Below are positions 61,105 through 64,000 of a stretch of 64,000 bases of DNA, piece by piece. The stretch's first letter is position 1, and every line of letters begins with the position of its first letter. The notes under the pieces were generated by a model. That model ran no database searches, had not been told where the DNA came from, and worked only from the letters and a program-made list of their open reading frames with translations. The DNA comes from Guillardia theta CCMP2712. Taxonomy: Eukaryota > Protista > Cryptophyta. The stretch covers positions 36,617 to 100,616 of the forward strand of contig NW_005434504.1 in assembly GCF_000315625.1 (NCBI RefSeq), written 5' to 3'. Position numbers and translations under genes: made by a program.

Positions 61105-63333
61105 ATGGTTAACAGTGAATCTATGTCTGCGAACAGTGCACGTCCTGGCAATTCTGGGATTTCTGGTATGGTGAAATCTGGAATGTCAAAGTTTGGTACT
61201 TTCATGAGAGATACCATGAGGGGTTCTCCAGAAAGAATCAATACTTGTGAACGGGAGAAGTCTGAGATCTGTGAGGTACAATCTTGTGTGCCAGGATCGG
61301 GGCAGACAGGTTCTCTTGTGCCAGAGTCCATGGATGGACGTGGCGTGGACATTGCGCCGAAAACATTGGGAATGGATGATGTACAACAAAAACCGTTCTT
61401 AGGAAGGGCAACTTATCGGGATCTCCAAGAGGAGAACGATGAATTGCGTGCGAATTGTCAAACATTGAGTCGACTAGTAGATGCTATGCGTATGGAAATG
61501 GAGCAAGTTAAGCGAACCCATCAAGTACTTCCAGAGCAAATGCCGTCGGGGACTCAAGCTTGTTTGGCACATTCAGGCAAAAGTATGGAGCATTTTGAGG
61601 AAAAGAGTGCTCTGGATAACGGGTCCACATATGAACAGGATGCATTGGGTTGTACCTGCAATATTGGTATGAAGTATGTGTCGCTATTCGATGGGATTGT
61701 CGATGTTGATAAGTCACTTGTGACTTGGTTGCGAGATGTAGAGGTGCAATGCAAGCATCAGAAAAATCGGAATGCAATGGCAGCGTCGCTTTTTGAGGAC
61801 AAGAGGATCAGTTGGATGGTTCCACGGACTGACGAGGAGCAGGCCATGTCCTTACCGGGTAATGGTAATGGGGATTTGGATGTTGCAAAACTGGTTGAGC
61901 ATCAAAAGAAAAATGTTCGACAGATTGGAAAGGGTGCCAATCACATCATTGCATGTTACAAGTTTCGACGAAAATATTTGATGGCAACAGCATATTTGGA
62001 AAGAAATTTCGTTTCTGGACTTTACAGTCAATTTATTAAGATGCATTTGATGGGTAAAGTGAAGGCGGCTGTGGAAGCTGATGGTATGGCAGAAGAGGAC
62101 TACTGTTCGATGGATCACATAGGAACAACAGTTGTAGAGGGTGTTGATCCGGCAAGAGATGTGACAAACTACGTCAACTCATGTTCCGAGTGTTCACAGG
62201 CACAGTCTTACAAGCAAAGGTCAGCAGGAGTTCCACATAGTCATTGGGTTACTCAGGAAAGGTTTGAAAAGATTACTGTGGATCTGCTTTCAGCGTTACC
62301 AGTGTCGAAGAGAGGAAATGATAGCGTGCTTGTATTCCTTGATCAATTTTCGAACAGAGTATTTCTGTATCCTTGTAAGAAATCAATCAATTCAAAGCAA
62401 GCGGCTAAGGCTTATTTTGAAACTGTTTACCGAGCTCAAGGTATTTGCAAGACAATCGTCTCAGACAATGGCTCATTGTTCTCATCTCAGTTTTGGGAAG
62501 AATTGTTTCGACTCATGAGCGTGGACGTGAAACACAGCAGCGTTTATTACCCTCAGGCACAAGGCAGAGTGGAGAAGTTCAACAGTGTGATTGTTGAAGC
62601 GTTGCGTATCTTTTGTTTGAAGCACGATGCAAAATTATGGGACAATCATTTGATTCATTTGGAGACAATTTGGAACTCGACAGTCAGGAATTCTACAAAT
62701 CTCACTCCATTTCAGATTATTTATGGTCGTGATGTTCGAACAGTGGTCGATTTGTCACCAGACGGTCAAGAAGAGGACGTCGAAGAGGTAAGAAATGAAA
62801 TTTTGGCTGCAATCGACATCGCAAGAGACGCACTGACGTTGTCTGCGATTCAAACCGAGAAATTTCTGAAGCAACATCGCAAGCAGCGAGATTACAAGAT
62901 TGGTGAGATGGTGATGTTATCAACTCGGGATCTGAAGTTACCAGAAACAGTGGCAAAGATGAAGTTGCGTTTCGTTGGACCTTTCAAGATACATGAGAAA
63001 GTTTCGGATAGTTCAGTTCGATTGGAATTCACAGCAAGGTTTCAGCATTTGAACAAAACTGTTTTCAATGTGTCGAAGCTCAGACCGTATTACGTTCGTG
63101 ACGTTGATTTGGAAAATTCGGTGGCACCTCCATTGCCATTGATTCAACAAGACGGAGACTATTACGAAGTTGAACGAATTTTAGCACGTCGTGGAAAAGG
63201 TAATCGAGTGCAATATTTGGTCAAATGGAAAGGGTACGATCAATCTTCAAACAATTCTTGGTTGCATTCTCGTGAATTTACCACGGATGCATTGAAGAAG
63301 ATGATTCGGGATTTTAATTTGTTGATTCGTTGA
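61105..63333 (+). CDS. Chimeric ORF: gag-like/coiled-coil N-terminus fused in frame to a partial integrase + chromodomain
   Basis: From about 62155 it is nearly identical to the - strand integrase; it lacks the HH half of the zinc finger, protease, RT and RNase H. Confidence 0.8.
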   Translation: MVNSESMSANSARPGNSGISGMVKSGMSKFGTFMRDTMRGSPERINTCEREKSEICEVQSCVPGSGQTGSLVPESMDGRGVDIAPKTLGMDDVQQKPFLGRATYRDLQEENDELRANCQTLSRLVDAMRMEMEQVKRTHQVLPEQMPSGTQACLAHSGKSMEHFEEKSALDNGSTYEQDALGCTCNIGMKYVSLFDGIVDVDKSLVTWLRDVEVQCKHQKNRNAMAASLFEDKRISWMVPRTDEEQAMSLPGNGNGDLDVAKLVEHQKKNVRQIGKGANHIIACYKFRRKYLMATAYLERNFVSGLYSQFIKMHLMGKVKAAVEADGMAEEDYCSMDHIGTTVVEGVDPARDVTNYVNSCSECSQAQSYKQRSAGVPHSHWVTQERFEKITVDLLSALPVSKRGNDSVLVFLDQFSNRVFLYPCKKSINSKQAAKAYFETVYRAQGICKTIVSDNGSLFSSQFWEELFRLMSVDVKHSSVYYPQAQGRVEKFNSVIVEALRIFCLKHDAKLWDNHLIHLETIWNSTVRNSTNLTPFQIIYGRDVRTVVDLSPDGQEEDVEEVRNEILAAIDIARDALTLSAIQTEKFLKQHRKQRDYKIGEMVMLSTRDLKLPETVAKMKLRFVGPFKIHEKVSDSSVRLEFTARFQHLNKTVFNVSKLRPYYVRDVDLENSVAPPLPLIQQDGDYYEVERILARRGKGNRVQYLVKWKGYDQSSNNSWLHSREFTTDALKKMIRDFNLLIR

Positions 63334-63391
63334 TCTTTGCAGCGAAGACAATGTGAAGAAGATTCTCAATTGTTGTGCTAGTGGGAGCGAA

Positions 63392-63641
63392 TGATAGGAT
63401 TTATTGTGCTTAACTTTACTTACTTTATTTTGAGGTATCTGAGGCAGATTCCTGGTTTAGCTAATCCTCTATATTTAAGGAAAATTGAGAAAGAATAAAC
63501 TACCCATCTCCTACTATCCTCCCATGGTCCTCTTTTGTTGTCATCAATTGGTGCCCATATAGTGTATTCATTTTTGCATGGAGCTTACTTGTATGTTGTC
63601 TTATTGTTTCTTGAATCATAGTTTAGGAGCATATCCTAACA
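63392..63641 (+). repeat. 3' LTR of the second chromovirus copy (variant, 250 bp)
   Basis: TGATAGG...CCTAACA; the first ~110 bp and last ~31 bp match the other LTRs and the middle differs. Confidence 0.9.
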
Positions 63642-63671
63642 CACAGAAAGTCATGAGCTCCCCTGGACAAA

Positions 63672-63772
63672 GATCTGGAGCTGGATCTGGAGCTGGATCT
63701 GGAGCAGGATCTGGAGTTGGATCTAAAGCTAGAGCTGGAGCTGGAGCTGGAGCTGGAGCTGGAGCTGGAGCA
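63672..63772. repeat. (GCTGGA/TCTGGA)n hexamer repeat
   Basis: Directly visible. Confidence 0.9.
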
Positions 63773-64000
63773 GACTTTCACGTCCAGGATTCTAACTGCA
63801 TGCTACTTTCACAGTACTTGCAAGAAGCCAAAACCTCATGGAAGCCAAAAATTGGTGCAAAGCTTCAAAGGTGGTGCAAAATATGCAAATCATCGGGTGC
63901 TTCCGCCCGGAGAGATCAGGCCCCCGGCCAATCTCCGGACACTTAGCCTCCTGGCGGCCTCCAGGGGTCTGAGGCGGGGCTGAAGCTGCGACGTCGGTCT

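Overview
Eukaryotic-style mosaic window; the host cannot be named from the sequence. (1) A palindrome-rich satellite of about 317 bp occurs at 358-795 and 42707-45100. (2) Between these two pieces lies a 41.9-kb block (796-42706) that is gene-dense, intronless, mostly GC-rich and largely ORFan. It looks like a fragment of a large eukaryotic dsDNA virus genome. It carries a FEN1/XPG-like nuclease, a permuted NlpC/P60 hydrolase, a lipase-like protein, a very large Cys-rich membrane protein, a Frag1/DRAM-like protein and an acyltransferase-3-like protein. No capsid, DNA polymerase or packaging ATPase gene is recognisable. The block interrupts a single satellite unit in register (16 bp missing), and both of its terminal genes are cut mid-ORF. 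Inside it are two related palindromic elements of about 400 bp with (AAACCGTT)n arms around a microsatellite core, a five-member coiled-coil family sharing a C-terminal HGFxR-like tag, and a recurring TATA/TAAG-like motif upstream of genes. (3) Right of the satellite are a 5'-truncated Crypton-like ORF, three intronless glycan-modifying genes, a degenerate inverted relic of two genes from the viral block, and two deleted Ty3/gypsy chromovirus copies. One copy is an integrase-only element with identical LTRs and a 5-bp TSD. All family assignments are by-eye motif recognition, not database results.
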